A stretch of DNA of 61,940 nucleotides, counting the filler, from Sphacelaria rigidula (taxonomy: Eukaryota): the NCBI GenBank assembly GCA_964200075.2. It is 7 parts of 7 records of this genome, joined end to end, with 100 filler letters (N's around TTAATTAATTAA, not from the genome) between each part and the next. Parts side by side here need not be neighbours in the genome. Positions count along the whole stretch, not along the records: positions 1 to 8,765 come from CAXNAA020010161.1; positions 8,866 to 17,630 come from CAXNAA020010162.1; 5 more parts are not named here. One strand, written 5' to 3'. Positions 1-12,600 of the stretch are shown one piece after another. The notes beneath the pieces were generated by a model, which saw only the letters and a list, made by a program, of their open reading frames with translations, had not been told where the DNA came from and did not search any database. A program made the position numbers and the translations under genes. Every line of letters begins with the position of its first letter. Position 1 is the first letter of the stretch.

Positions 1-822
1 CGAACCCCCGTTCTCTCCACCCTAATGTCGACAGCCGGACCATTACACCACCGGGGCGCGACGGTCATGAGAGTAGAACACCGGAAACTCCAGATTGCAG
101 CTGACGCACCCCTCTGCATCACGCTAGCAACAGTTAGGTCACCACCATAGGTATTTTTTTTCACTCCGCATGTCAAGAAGGTCTCCACGAGTTTTTGATC
201 TCACACACACACACACACCCAAACTGGCCTGTGGCAGGCTCTTGTGCTCATCTCGGGTAAAATCAACGATGAATTACACCCCTCAAGTTCAAATTGGACC
301 GTCTGTTATTTTTGCCGCGCAGTGCACCGTCCTTGCTGGCATGTGTGTGACAGAGAACAGTAGTAGCGGTGACGGGAACATTGCCCAGTTTTTCAGCGCA
401 CAGAAGCGCGTCCAGTCCAAAAAGAGAGGCAGAGAGAATTCGATTTTCGCATTGCTGATCTCCACAGACAAAGAGACAAAATCTCTCCGCAGCTCGGTGT
501 TCTTTGGGGATACCTACAGGCACATGAGAAATTCGGCACGTGCTGGTAACGTGCATGATGCCAGTCTCTCGAGCGATTGGTAATCGCCCAGTAAGGGCAC
601 ACAAAAGACACGGGCGAGGAGCTTCCTCTTTGTCGTTGCTTCTCTCTCTGGTGATATCGTCATCGACACGCGTGTACACCGCAATCGTTCGGTGCATTTA
701 GCCACAATTGATGTTTCACAGTCGCGGAGTTTGGCGGGAAATATGGTTTCTCTCTGTGTTACTGTTTCGCGTCGCCCCTGCAAAAAAGATATGCCACTTG
801 AACCTCATTTTTTAGATGAACC

Positions 823-888
823 TCATTTTTCAGGATCCGCTGTAAGATGAGCTCTCACCCACGAACCGTACGGAAGGAAGACACCAAA
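823..888 (-). CDS. Tentative terminal exon of the TMEM218-like gene
   Basis: Pyrimidine-rich acceptor CAG at 891-889 and a phase-0 reading FGVFLPYGSWVRAHLTADPEK*. A GTGAG donor at 858 could instead splice to 777. No homology support. Confidence 0.3.
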   Translation of the reverse strand, partial: FGVFLPYGSWVRAHLTADPEK

Positions 889-1588
889 CTGCGACATGCA
901 TACACCGGGAGGAAAGAACACACACCTAAAGACAGGGAGATGGGGAAATGAAGAGACAGCAGAGAAAGAGACTACAGGCGGGTACGTGGTTTCAATGCCC
1001 GCAGTGGCCACTGATCACTCCAAGAGTGTACTGCGCGACGTTGGCCAAGAGACGTGCAAGCATGTGGCGGGTGCTGTTTCACGTCCTTTTACGAAAAACA
1101 GTCGTTGCTCCCTTATTTTCGAGAAGACCATTGCTGCTGTATCATCGCGCCTTGGATGTACACCAGGGATGTCCTGTTTCTCCTTCTCAAAAAATCGGTC
1201 GTCGCACTTCCACCCGCTGGTCGTAGATGGGAGTGGCCTGATGCGACCGTCAAGAGTGAGGGTGCAACATCGGGCAGAACGCACATGGGATGACAATCAT
1301 TATGATGAAAAAACTGGATCTCCAAATAAATGATGATGTTGGCGGTCGGTGAAATAACGTCTCCGGAGGGAGTGAGAACAATGCTGTACTACAGTACATC
1401 CTCGCAGCTCACAGTAGTGAGGTATCCGAAACAAGAAATAATAGTTGATGATGTTATTTACCGACCATGATGCTTGGGTGTTCCCGTCAGCGAGCCACTC
1501 CTCACACCTCTCACACGTATTTGCGACTGTCGGGAATAAGGCCGACCGCCGCAACAAATCTGACTCGCGTTCTTGATGATGCACTCAC

Positions 1589-2974
1589 GCGTAAAGGCTT
1601 TCCAATATGAGTAATACACACGCTCGCCAGCCCCACCAAAGCGGCCACTATCATGATGAAGATCAAGGCTAGTCGCGGGTAGAAGGTCTGGTCGTATTCC
1701 TGGCGGAGACAAAAGTCGAAGACGTTCTCAGCTGAAGCGTACCACCAGTTCGGAGCTGCCACATTTACCGATCTTGACTGCTGAACTATGTGGTGCCATA
1801 ACATGACCAGTGAGAACAAGGTCGAACGCAGAAGATGTACGCATTCTAGCATTCTGAGAGTCGTGGTGGTGACGGCCAGGATTTGTCGTCGTCCTAAAAT
1901 GCATGCGCAGATTTCCATCGGAGCTTGCGTGTACGTCTTGTTTTCTCTGGTGGATGAAGTCCTCAATTTCATGTAGAACAACTTTTACTATGCTGTACAG
2001 TGTACGACTTGCCATAATGCTTGCACTTTTCTCCGTGTCAAACACACGTCGAGACACCCTAAACTACTGCCAGACTGGAGTAGTAGTAGAAACTTCCCAT
2101 GAAGCTCTATAATACTACTGCTGTCATTTCCCCTTACATGTATTTGGTTGCTTGTGTCCTCCACATATTTTGATTCTCGTTCTGCGATCACGAGAATCAG
2201 CAGTACAAACCCCAGGATCCCTGCTCCACCACACGCAAATTCACTGCGCAGCGAAGAATGAAAACGATAGCCGATGTGGATGACGAAAGCAGTAACGGCG
2301 GGAGTACTGTGTGACAGTAACGGCGGCAGTGCTGTGTGACCCAACCGTGACCGTGAAAAAATGGCCCCGTTAACCATTGCGCGCGAAATGGGCTTCCTCT
2401 TCCTCGTGTGAGCAACGATTCCTATACAACAAGCAAAATCACGCGAAAAAAAGCCTTGAACCGCGAGGGTAGTCCATTTGGATCATACATGTACTTTTAA
2501 AAGTCAAATTGTTTATGTCGATTCAACAGACGGCCTACTCTCGCCGTGTAGACTATAAGGGTTAAAGGTGATGTATGTTCATAGTTGCACATACGTGCGT
2601 GTGTAGGGGACGATCTCCCTTTTTTTATGCACACAGGCGTACCTTCGACACGTACGCTCCACAATACTGGTGTAATCACTAATGACTGCATAGAGTTGTT
2701 CTGTGCACGACCTTACGGTAGATTCTGCTTGATAGGATCTTGCCGGGAAACGTGGCAGTTGAAAAACATCACCAGCAAACGTCTGCGCTATCTTCGGCAG
2801 TCTCTTCATTCCAACAGGCAAGACTCACCCCGGTCGTGGAGTCGTTGCACCAACAAGGCACACGACGATCGACACCAGCGAGAAGAAGAAGACGAGAAAT
2901 ACCCCGATCCCAAGACCCATCACTCGCGTCTCTCCCTTCTCAGTCAATCCATCCGTGTTGGCCGAGGATGACAT
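1589..2974 (-). CDS. TMEM218: TMEM218-like three-TM ciliary transition-zone protein (exons 2974-2829, 2243-2138, 1699-1589; last exon uncertain)
   Basis: Phase-compatible GT-AG splicing gives MSSSANTDGLTEKGETRVMGLGIGVFLVFFFSLVSIVVCLVGATTPRPG-EFACGGAGILGFVLLILVIAERESKYVEDTSNQIH-EYDQTFYPRLALIFIMIVAALVGLASVCITHIGKPLR. Three hydrophobic segments; the GLGxGVF start and DxxFxxR motif before TM3 resemble animal TMEM218 (recalled, not searched). Confidence 0.72.
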
Positions 2975-3023
2975 ACTTGGACACTGACCTCGTGATGATT
3001 TGCTTCTGGCGTAGTAGTAGTAT

Positions 3024-3026
<3 letters not shown>

Positions 3027-3059
<33 letters not shown>
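3027..3059. repeat. (CAG)11 microsatellite
   Basis: Directly visible. Confidence 0.95.
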
Positions 3060-3060
<1 letters not shown>

Positions 3061-3838
3061 TAGTAAGTTGCTACTGCTGCTGTTTTGATGCTTCTGCTGC
3101 TGTTGCTAGTGACTCTGCTTCTATTTCTGAGGCCGTTATTGTGGTGTTCCTGCTGCTGTCACCTGTCACCCTTGTTTGTCATCTGGTCGTCGCTAGGGTG
3201 TTGGTGGTGGAAAACACAGCAGAGACATGGTTGACTGAAAAGATCGCCAGAAGATCGTTGGCCCACGTCGAAAGTCGTTATCCAGTGTTCGAAGTGACGT
3301 CATGTTCCTGCGATTGAACCTCGATTGAACCCGACACTCATGTTTCTATTTTGTTTCGTTTCAGTCTCAGCAGAAGTCGCTCGATAGAGGTAAAGCAAAA
3401 TCGAGACTAATGGTGCTTTCCAGTCTAATCAAGTGAAAAAAACATGTCGGGAAAGTTGAGTTGCAGATACCTCTTGAAGCACTTTTACCTCATGTAAGGA
3501 TTGGTAGTGATGTCCGTACTGTATTGGAAAGGCAAACCCACGTCTGCGACCACGGGTTCGAGAGATTGAGCAAATGTGAAAAGTAATAATTATATACATG
3601 ATAGTAATGCAATTTGAGCCCACCTGCACGAGCCAAACCTTCCCAATCGTGTGCTGTGTCTTCCGCCGCTGACCAGAACACGTCAAGAGTCAACTTCGTC
3701 AAGCCTCCCAGAAATTTGTCGGGAAATCCCGAATCGTCGATCGGTGCTGTATAGTTGTTGTAAATCTGCTGCCACGGAAAGGCAAGGGAGTGACATACCC
3801 TCCATAAGGAGGGTAGATGATCGGGCAAGACGAACTTG

Positions 3839-4207
3839 ATGAATAGGCAAAACCGGCGCAGCAGCCAAAACGGACAACAGCGTCGACTGCGCCAGCGGCA
3901 TATCCATTGTCCGAGGAGACCATGTGGTCATGTCTCCACTCTTCAGTGGGTATCACTAATAATACCAGCAGCATTTGTGTTTGCTGTATTGATGGAACCA
4001 ACGGCGTGTGGGCAGGGGCAAAATGCGGAGGGACCAGTATTTGTTCGAAATCTTGCTGCTGAGGACACCGAAGCGGGCCACGGTCATCCCACATGGATTC
4101 CTTTGGCATTAGACGGCAGGGGCAGCGGCGAGGGGAGCAGTGGCCCGGGAAGATCGATACTAGAGCTCTTCCGCAGCAGTGAGGTGGTGCAAATGTATCA
4201 CATACAG
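3839..4207 (+). CDS. Probable first exon of an unknown membrane-anchored or secreted protein, divergent from TMEM218
   Basis: ATG at 3839, Arg-rich N-terminus, hydrophobic stretch WVSLIIPAAFVFAVLM, frame open to a phase-0 CAG|GTGATG donor at 4207/4208. Downstream exons not identified. Confidence 0.45.
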
Positions 4208-4927
4208 GTGATGCATGCAGGTTTTGTGTTCGCAAGGCATCGCACATGTCCTGCCACCAGTCAGGTTTATACGGGCTTTTCTTGATGGATTCGGTCACCG
4301 TACTACAACAGGACAGACGGTCTCTTGTACCGTCTACTGTCCCTGTCATATTTTTGATCCCGTGTTTTTTGGTACACGGGACAGCTGTAGAGTGGGCTGT
4401 GTGTCGAGAACGATGAGCGAATAACAAATTATGCCTCGTGGCCACTCGTAGCTGCTGTGCAAGGCCATGTGTCTTTTGGAGCTGTGTGTTGTATTGCGAG
4501 AGATAGTCCACATGACCCCCTTTCTCGCGCCTGGGCGCATCTACATTAGGTTCAACTTTGCCGATCACGGGTACTTGTTAGGCCCCTTCGGCCGAGATTA
4601 TACCGATTCAACATATGATCAACCCTGGCGGGTCATCTGGGTGTTCATCGACGTTTCAAGTGAAAATGGCGCAGATTCAACCCATGACCCACCCTGGCGG
4701 TCAAAGGTTCAACCCTTATGGCTCTCAAGGCTTTCTGTTCCGACAATGCGTCCTGACTATCCGACTGACAATTGGAGTATGGCAATCCTCTGCGCCAAGG
4801 GCCCTTCTACAATGTTGAAAGTCGGATATCGATACTCGATATGAAATCGATAAATATCGGTCGATACGGCGTATCGGTACCGCTGGTTTCCAAGCCGATA
4901 TTTGTCGATATGTGTCAATTGGCGATA

Positions 4928-5985
4928 AAGTAGTGGACCAGGTTTTATGCCGATTATTATATGCCCGATGAATTTTATGCCGTTTTTTTCAGGGTACACA
5001 AGAAATATTATTTTTATGCCGCCTTTTCCTTGGGCTTTGGTACACGGCATATAATCCGGTTTCATGCCGGTTCGGCATTCAACCTGGCGCCCAACTTTGT
5101 GCAGACTGGGCATAAAAACGAACAATTTAGCGAGTACAGCAAGGATACAGGCAGTAACACAGCAGCAAACGTGAGCTTGAAAGCCATGCCGTGTGCGGCA
5201 GGCAACAGTGCAAGGCCAGGAATATTCCGGCGACGCTGGCAAAGTTGAAGGCAGAACCTCAGAAGTCATCGTCAATCCGCCTCCTTATGTAACCGTAGCA
5301 GAGGAGTTTGGAAAGTTAAAGGCTATAGCCAGGAAGAGTTGCATGGAAGATGTGTCATATTCCCTTGAGCAGGCGAGGATGGCATGGATTAATGCGCATG
5401 CTAAGAACAGCAAGTTTCAGCAGCAAGATATTCGCACTTATTTTGACCCGTGATACTGACTGTAGTAAATATGTGTATTGGTGATCGGTGTGTGAGAGAA
5501 GTTGTGGGGGTGAATCGTTCAGATAGAGCGTCGCAACGCGCAACCTTCACCTTGACGAAAAGGACCAACCGGTGCTTCTTGTGACTAGGTCCCGAGGCGC
5601 TGTCATGAGGGCAACTTTGAATCAACGGCGGTAGATATATCAGATGAGACTGCCGTATTGTGGAGTACAGAAAGGTAAATTGATTGAGCTACAAAAGTGT
5701 TTTCATTTCTTTCTGAATAACAACAATTCTTGAGACATCAGCCATCCATCCGTGCTTCAACATGCACCCAACGTTCCTCAGAACCACGCGGTTTCACGCT
5801 CACTGGGTGTTTGTTGAAACACAATCGTGCTTGGCTTGTTCGTCTGATCCTGTGCCGAATCGGTGTAAAATCGGACGGACCCCGTTTTTATGCCGAGTTG
5901 GCATAAAAGCGATTGTGTGCCAAGTAAATATTATGCCGTTTTTTTTCGGGGCACACTACCCGGCATAAAATCGGGTCCACTGCTG
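4928..5985 (+). mobile_element. pogo/Tc1-mariner deletion derivative retaining the transposase C-terminus (ORF 5193-5453)
   Basis: TIRs AAGTAGTGGACCAGGTTTTATGCCG / CGGCATAAAATCGGGTCCACTGCTG, TA on both sides (4926-27, 5986-87). The internal peptide ends ...AWINAHAKNSKFQQQDIRTYFDP, like pogo-family C-termini. Confidence 0.72.
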
Positions 5986-6014
5986 TATCGGATATTGATA
6001 TCGGAGCAATGCTA

Positions 6015-6249
6015 CGGTAGGGGTGCACTTTTTGTGCAAAATCATGTCTTGTTGAGGGGCTCCTAACGATTCTAGATGCACAACAATATGGGTCAGGGTA
6101 TCCCCGTTTGCAAATTCATTCGGGGTATCCCTAGGACATTCGGAATAGTAATCCTGGCGTACGCTCTCATATTTAACAAGTCGTGTTTTGGATGAGATAA
6201 AGGACTCCTAACAATTCTAACCTCACAAAATATTAGTGCACCCCTACCG
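6015..6249. mobile_element. MITE, TIR CGGTAGGGGTGCACT, TA TSD (Tc1/mariner-type)
   Basis: Perfect inverted repeat 6009-6029 / 6235-6255 including the flanking TA; a related copy lies at 33652-33780. Confidence 0.85.
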
Positions 6250-6869
6250 TAGCATCACACATCGTCGATATATATATATATATATATTACCGGTGTATGT
6301 GTATGTGATGGACAGCATATCGTCCCCCCTTTTTCGCATGCCTCCTCCCAACACCCAACACCCCACTGCCCACCACCCCGCCACCCACCACACTCCACAC
6401 ACACTAACTACACATGCATCATCCGCGCCCTGCACAGCCACTTGCTGCGAACCACACCGGTCTGCAACATGAGCTGCCTTCAGACTTTCGGCTTGTGAAG
6501 GGCGGTAGCGCAGAGTCTGCGGTCGACGTTTCTGCCGAACTGTCTGTATCTGTGTCTGCTACGGTGGCTGCTGCCGCACCAGCGACTGCTCCAGTGCCCT
6601 CAACTAAGAGTGGAGAGAAAGGGCAAGCAGAATTACCCGGGAAGGTAGCGGATCCATCAGACTTCCCATACGACCCATCCCTGCAAGCCTACTGTCCGGC
6701 GTTTCCACAGCGTTTGGACGTTGCAGTAATAGATTTGCGGTATCTCGGGTGCAGACATCAGAAAGGGGGCGAAAGAGTACCGCCGGTACCGTGTGAATGT
6801 TTCAAGTCTGCGGGAGTGTTTCCCGTGTGAGGGTAGCCGGTCATTGCCTTTTCTCATCATATCCATTTG

Positions 6870-7170
6870 TTTCCCACAAGCCTTTGAATGATACTGCTTT
6901 GGCGTTCAGGGGTCTGAAGTTTATACTTTGCTGTGCATCCAACGACAAAATATTGCATGTATTCTGCCGACTTTTTCCCTTCTTTGGTGTGGAGAACAGA
7001 AAAAGCAAGCGCGCACTTACATTTATCATTTATCGCGCAGTTTCGAGGTTTGGTGCGTTCGTAACTGAATATGGAGGAGTGCGTTTGCAGTGCGTACTGC
7101 GCAGAGTCGAGATAAATGCTCAAATTCGAACGAAACATCGCGGAATAGTGGGCCCGCCACATCTCTGATC
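6870..7170 (+). pseudogene. Possible decayed N-terminal region of the hAT-like transposase
   Basis: Peptide LHVFCRLFPFFGVENRKSKRALT...RTKH, then after a frameshift E*WARH, resembles the VxCRFCxxFGxE..KR....H..W N-terminus recalled from oomycete hAT-like transposases. Lies inside the 4810-8513 element. Confidence 0.35.
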
Positions 7171-7996
7171 TTAAGATGCTTCAACTCAAACTTGTAATTA
7201 GTGGCGCGCGGAGAAAAACTACAAAAAAATGACTGAGCTTTTTCGATCGAAAACATGCGGTCGAAAGGCACGAAACAACACTTGACTCCTACCTTACAGA
7301 CCACCACGCCAGATGACACCCGTTTACAGAACCATGCTAACTCCATCCAGCTCATTCTCAGCTACCACCGCAACCCTGCATCATCGAATATGAGTTGAGC
7401 ACAGGGATAGATGCCCTGCAGTATGAGGGTATGCTTTCTTTATTTTTTGTTGGTGGAAACGTGTGCATCTTCCTTCATGGTAGGAATTAGCGACGGAACT
7501 GCGGGGTACGGTGGGCAACCGAGTTTCGTACACGCTTATGGACAGTGCAAGCAGTACAAAGCTGCACGGTGTTGAAATCCTTTTCACGTCGCATTGTGAG
7601 CAGAGAGAACTGATAGTCCTGGGCCGTCTGCACTGCACGTTGCCCGCTTCTGTTTAAAATCCTACTGTACAAAACACGCACACACACACTCGAGACGCTG
7701 CTTGCAAGCAGTGCAGACAGTACAGACTGTCTGTAGTGTACATGAGTGACCATGTACCGTTTCACTGATTCCTCTGTATTTTTTCGATCGAATGCTTGGA
7801 AATTCGCTTGGACCCAACTCCAGAAAAATAAGCGATTTTCGCTCAAATCAATACCACTGCCCCAGTTTTTCGATCGAAGAAAAAAGTGCTGAGACACGCC
7901 CTGAAACGCTTCTCCCCACTGCCGGATGACACTTTTGAAACCGGTATAGAGGGTAAGGCAGGTACCCGGTACTGGTATTTGAGACATCTCATACCC

Positions 7997-8230
7997 TACC
8001 GATACCGACCAAATCGGGTATTTTCAAATGTCATACCTACGATACCTACGATACCACGGTATTTCGAGATACCAGTACCTACTGTACCTGCCCAATCGGG
8101 TATTTTCAAATGCCATACCTACGATACCTACGATACCGCGGTACTGCGAGATTTCAATACCTACCGTACCCGCTCAATCAGGCGTTTTCAAAGTTCATAC
8201 CTACGATACCTACGCATACCACGGTATGGG
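7997..8230. repeat. Three tandem ~82-bp units (AATCGGGTATTTTCAAATG..ATACCTACGATACCTACGATACC)
   Basis: Directly visible imperfect tandem repeat inside the hAT element. Confidence 0.85.
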
Positions 8231-8765
8231 ATACCCCGGTAAATACCGGGGGTACGCTCGGTACGGTACCTTACCTACGGTTCCTGTGTCGGGTTGCTAG
8301 TGTGTCAGTGTATTACCGTGAGGTTTTGCAAGTTACCTCTCTATTATACCAATACAGCCGTATCATATCGTATCGAGTATCAGTATTGAGTATCGATACG
8401 TATCGGATCATTTTCCGCGTATCAAAAAAATATAGATATCAACGTCTCCACGTCGATATTTTGAAAATATCGTATCGACTTCTTTTTTTTTTTCCGTTCG
8501 ATATTCAACACTGCCCTTTTATGACCCTCGTGCGCTGAATGAGTCAGAATCCACCTTTTTTTTTCATTATGGCAAACGTACCAGTCCATGTCCATGGTTG
8601 AGCACGCAGGTGAGAGATTTTGGGCGTCGTCTATATGCTACTAAGGCTCTCACAGCAGCGTGCCCGTCGAAGGACTGCGGCTTGTTGAACCTTCCACGGT
8701 TAGGACGAATCATCATGACTAAGAATCACCAAATCCACGATTTCTTCGGCCTGATTTCCCAAAAG

Positions 8766-8865
8766 NNNNNNNNNNNNNNNNNNNNNNNNNNNNNNNNNNN
8801 NNNNNNNNNTTAATTAATTAANNNNNNNNNNNNNNNNNNNNNNNNNNNNNNNNNNNNNNNNNNNN
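8766..8865. other. Artificial contig linker N44-TTAATTAATTAA-N44
   Basis: Identical 100-nt spacer occurs six times and has stops in all six frames. Confidence 0.97.
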
Positions 8866-9144
8866 CTGTGACCAACAATCACGGAAACCTGCACGTGTGC
8901 ATTTGCGGCTTGCTTTACTCGGACACCTGGTGCGTTGTGTACCTACTCAAGCCTGCAGCACACTGATCATAGTTAGGAAGGCGTTGAACCTACGGTCACT
9001 CTCCATCTATATCACAATGTTCGCCCCCTGCATCGAAGTTCAAAGTTGGAAGGTCAAGCAAGCTTCCAATATCAATATCTCGAGCAATACAACACCTTCT
9101 TCGTCTGTGCATCTGGGCATGATTGATGCCTGTTTCCTCAGGCT

Positions 9145-9476
9145 ACACGTTGCAGGTCGTGATTCGGCTACTCGCGCGGAACAAGTGAGACAGCGTGATG
9201 ACGCACACGGCAAATCGAAAACGGACAGATCATGATCTGTCTGAAACAACTAATTTAATGAAGAAGACTCTCGAGTCCGTTGGTTCAAAAACACAAAATA
9301 TGTGACAGCGGAGTCAGTAAAGCCAAAGCGCAACCTTTGCACTACTCGGCATGCTCAGCGTCCGGCACCGTAAGGAGAAAACATGGAAAAGTAGGGTCAG
9401 ATGATCCGGATCATGATCCCCATCACTATACTGAGAAGAACTAATTTTCAGACGGATCATGATCTGTCCGACGTGT
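9145..9476. repeat. Degenerate MITE-like repeat rich in (CA)GATCATGATC(TG) palindromes
   Basis: ACACGT...ACGTGT ends and several GATCATGATC motifs; no clear TSD. Confidence 0.35.
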
Positions 9477-9632
9477 GGAAACGTTGAAACGTTTCGAGGG
9501 CCGTATCATTATTGGATCACGGGAACTATCTCTCATGATAGATCAAATGTGATGATGTAAATACGAAAAACTGTGGTGTACAAGTGCGTCGGTCCACGGG
9601 TGTCCACCTTGGTCGCTTGATCCTACAGGCCA

Positions 9633-12600
9633 ATGTCGCCTCCATCCACTGTAGCCTTATTCATAAGGTGGCATTTCATTGTGCTTCCAGCAGCTTTGCT
9701 CACTGGAAATGCATTTATTATTCCGGTGAGTGTATTTGTACAAGCGATTCAGGTCGTGATACTCCGACCAATACAGCTCTGTAGGACACTGTGCACAGCG
9801 TCACGGTGAATCTCTGAGAGGTGGGTACATGCTGTGGCACCCTCCTCGTTGCGGGTTGTCCACATCATCTAAGCCATACATAACCCCTTTGTGTACTGTG
9901 ATGTGTTCTTCCTTTTCCGTGTCGTGGATATCTCACTGCAGGGAAGTGGTCTTGGACGCCATTACAGCCGTCACACGAACTCACCGTTAGCTCGACGACA
10001 CGTGTCAACGCGGACATCACCTGCGCACGAGCGCCGAATATGGCGATGCTCACCCGGAGCTCGAATGGCGTCTGTCTCACCCACACCGCCCGAGCAGAAT
10101 GGTGATGGTGAAGAGGAGAATGAAGCATCGGGTGCAGGGGATAGTGAACCTGATAGTAGCAAAGCTGACGCTGCAAACATTGAGCCGGCAGGGGGTGAGA
10201 GCGAAACCACCGCTGGCGAGACGGATGCGACAACGGAAGAGGATGTCGCCGAAGTCACTCGCTTCTCCGCAGATGGAACGGAGGAGTTATCTAAGCTAAA
10301 GTTGATTGATCAGGACGTCAAGCTACCAATCTCTTGGCGGAGTGATAACGGCACCCGTGACTCGGAGTTTTACGATCCCGGGGAGAAAGGGACATTAAAT
10401 CCCTACTACGACGTTGTCCGCCGCCTGTCTCCGACTGAGCTTATCGGAAGGTTTATGAGGACAGCGCCTCCTAGGGTGAGATACTTTTGTGATTGACTGA
10501 CTTCCGGTACTGGGATCATACCTGAATATCTTGTATATCGTACACGCTACGAGTCCATTGGCGAGGTTCGCCGCGAATCGAGCTTCTATCTGGATATTTT
10601 AAAACCCTCTCCGCGCGATCAGCAAGTCAAGGGACGTTTGAGCATGACCGAAATCGCCCATCTTACGGCACATCGATGTACCGGTGCAGTCGCAAGAAAT
10701 GCCGCACTTGAGGGCTCTGTTGGTTTCATCTTTGATAGGGTAACGCCTTTGGCGTGCGAAGCTGTATCGAATTAAGCTCCAGAGAGCTTTCCGACTTAGA
10801 CGTGATCATTGGTGACAGTGTAGTTCGTTGTCTCCATAGTATACGCGAAGATATCTCGGAACATGTTTTCAAGCCTTTTCTCACTCTGGTCAACACCGAC
10901 AAAGACGTCACCCATACGATAGCATAGAGATCGGCGAGACCCCTCTGAGTGCATCCTTCAAGGGAAATCTGGCTTTTTTTGCGGATCGTTACCCCATACT
11001 CGTACGGTCTACAAAACTGCAGGAAACTTACTTACGGTTCAACCTTGATATTTCGCAAAACGCATACAAGTATCGCTCTCCATTTTCGTTCCACGGGACT
11101 GGTGTATCAATAGTATAACAGCGCAACAGTGTGGCGATTAATCATTTTGCTCTACACCCCCACCGAAATCGAAGCGCGGTCGTGTAAGGTACACCAACCA
11201 GCTAGCCACGCCGTTGTTGGCATACAACTACATGAGAACCCTGTAGCCACTCTTCAAAATAGTGTTAACCAAATTCTACCATCACAGCGCCCAGGCCGGC
11301 GATGGATAGTCTATACAGCCGCGAGAGAAGCGCCAATTGCACACAGCCCAGAAGTCATGATCCATCTAGACCTCTTGAAGCACGATAGAAGACTTCTCCT
11401 TGAAGAGAAAACGATTTTGGCAATCCGTGTGTCTTCCGCACGTGATGGTTTCGTTTTGAAGTGCACTATGCTCACAATGAACGTCACTCTCTCAACTATT
11501 CTGATGAACAACGGCGGTTTGAAACGCTGCCTCACATAGCTGTCTCAAAGACTGTTCTGTTAGCAGTAGTCTAGCGATAGCTCTCCCTTTCGGTATAGCA
11601 GCTGAAAAAAGCATGAGCGCCCGCGTATCCACTGCAGTAGGTTGTCGACGAGGCAAGCGGGTACACAGACAACTGTACTGGTGTTCGTTTGGCTTTTACA
11701 TTGTTCTTCGCATATGCGGGTGCGACAATAATGGACCTAGTACCCTTGGAGGGTTGGCGTAGTGACAGGGGCCTCGGACGTCAGTACAGATGCTAGCACC
11801 GAAGTAGTGTCTAGGGCCGCAGATTGTATTTAGAGGCAAATCTGGGTTATCCGATGGGGGAAACACAGAGACAACTCACTCTGCACTCGTATCGTACGCG
11901 TGCATGGCCACGCTACCCGCCAGTGATGCTCACCATCAGACGCAGTTTGCGTCCAAGCTTGTAGAACCGAGCCCCGTCGTCCGCTCAGCTGCCAATAATC
12001 TGACGGCAAGCAATTATGTCCAGACTTACGGATGGTAGTGGCTGTGCACAAGTGCTACGCGTTGTAATTGTAATTTGCTTCGAACGCCATCGTTCGATGA
12101 AGTCCTCAATTTGTGTACAGGGATAACGACGTGAATACACGGGCTGAAATACCACGGAAAGCAACATAGATGGTAAAACAGTTACGCCGTTATACCTTCC
12201 TCTTGCTGGCGGATGTGCGCTCCCTGGTTCCGCTTGAACAAGGAACATACTGTAACTGATACTCGTATCGCGTTGCGTGGTCTTTCCCCAGGCAGTTCTT
12301 CAGTGGTGGTTGGGAAAGTGTGCACGTTTCGTGCGCCAGTGTACTGGATTCAAGTATAAGAGTGAATATTAAATGGATTACAACGAGGCCTTCTGAACGC
12401 TGTGTGCGATCTTACCGATATCTCGATGAGGTGGTACCACCAGCTGACTTGACCGCTTGAGTGCGTGTTTCCGTAGTAACAGGTGAGCACCATACGAGTA
12501 AGGACAGTTGGATAGACAGGTAGCCTGTGCCTGATATAACTGTATTTGTTCACTCTTGAGAGAGCGAACGGCGGCAGATCAGGAAACGCGTGTACCAAGA

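Larger units (their letters stand above)
4810..8513. mobile_element. Degenerate hAT-superfamily DNA transposon (3.7 kb) with nested insertions
   Basis: Termini CAATGTTGAA / TTCAACACTG; 8-bp TSD CCCTTCTA (4802-4809) / CCCTTTTA (8514-8521); subterminal ATCGATA/GATATCG-rich repeats at both ends. Confidence 0.75.

Noticed and set aside
3699..4568. 289-aa minus-strand ORF
   Set aside because: No recognisable domain; antisense shadow of the more plausible + exon.
7886..8538. ORFs with YLRYLRY / IPTIPTIP repeats
   Set aside because: Translations of a non-coding tandem repeat in a transposon end.
8810..8821. TTAATTAATTAA motif recurring every ~8.86 kb
   Set aside because: Synthetic all-frame-stop spacer flanked by Ns, not biological periodicity.
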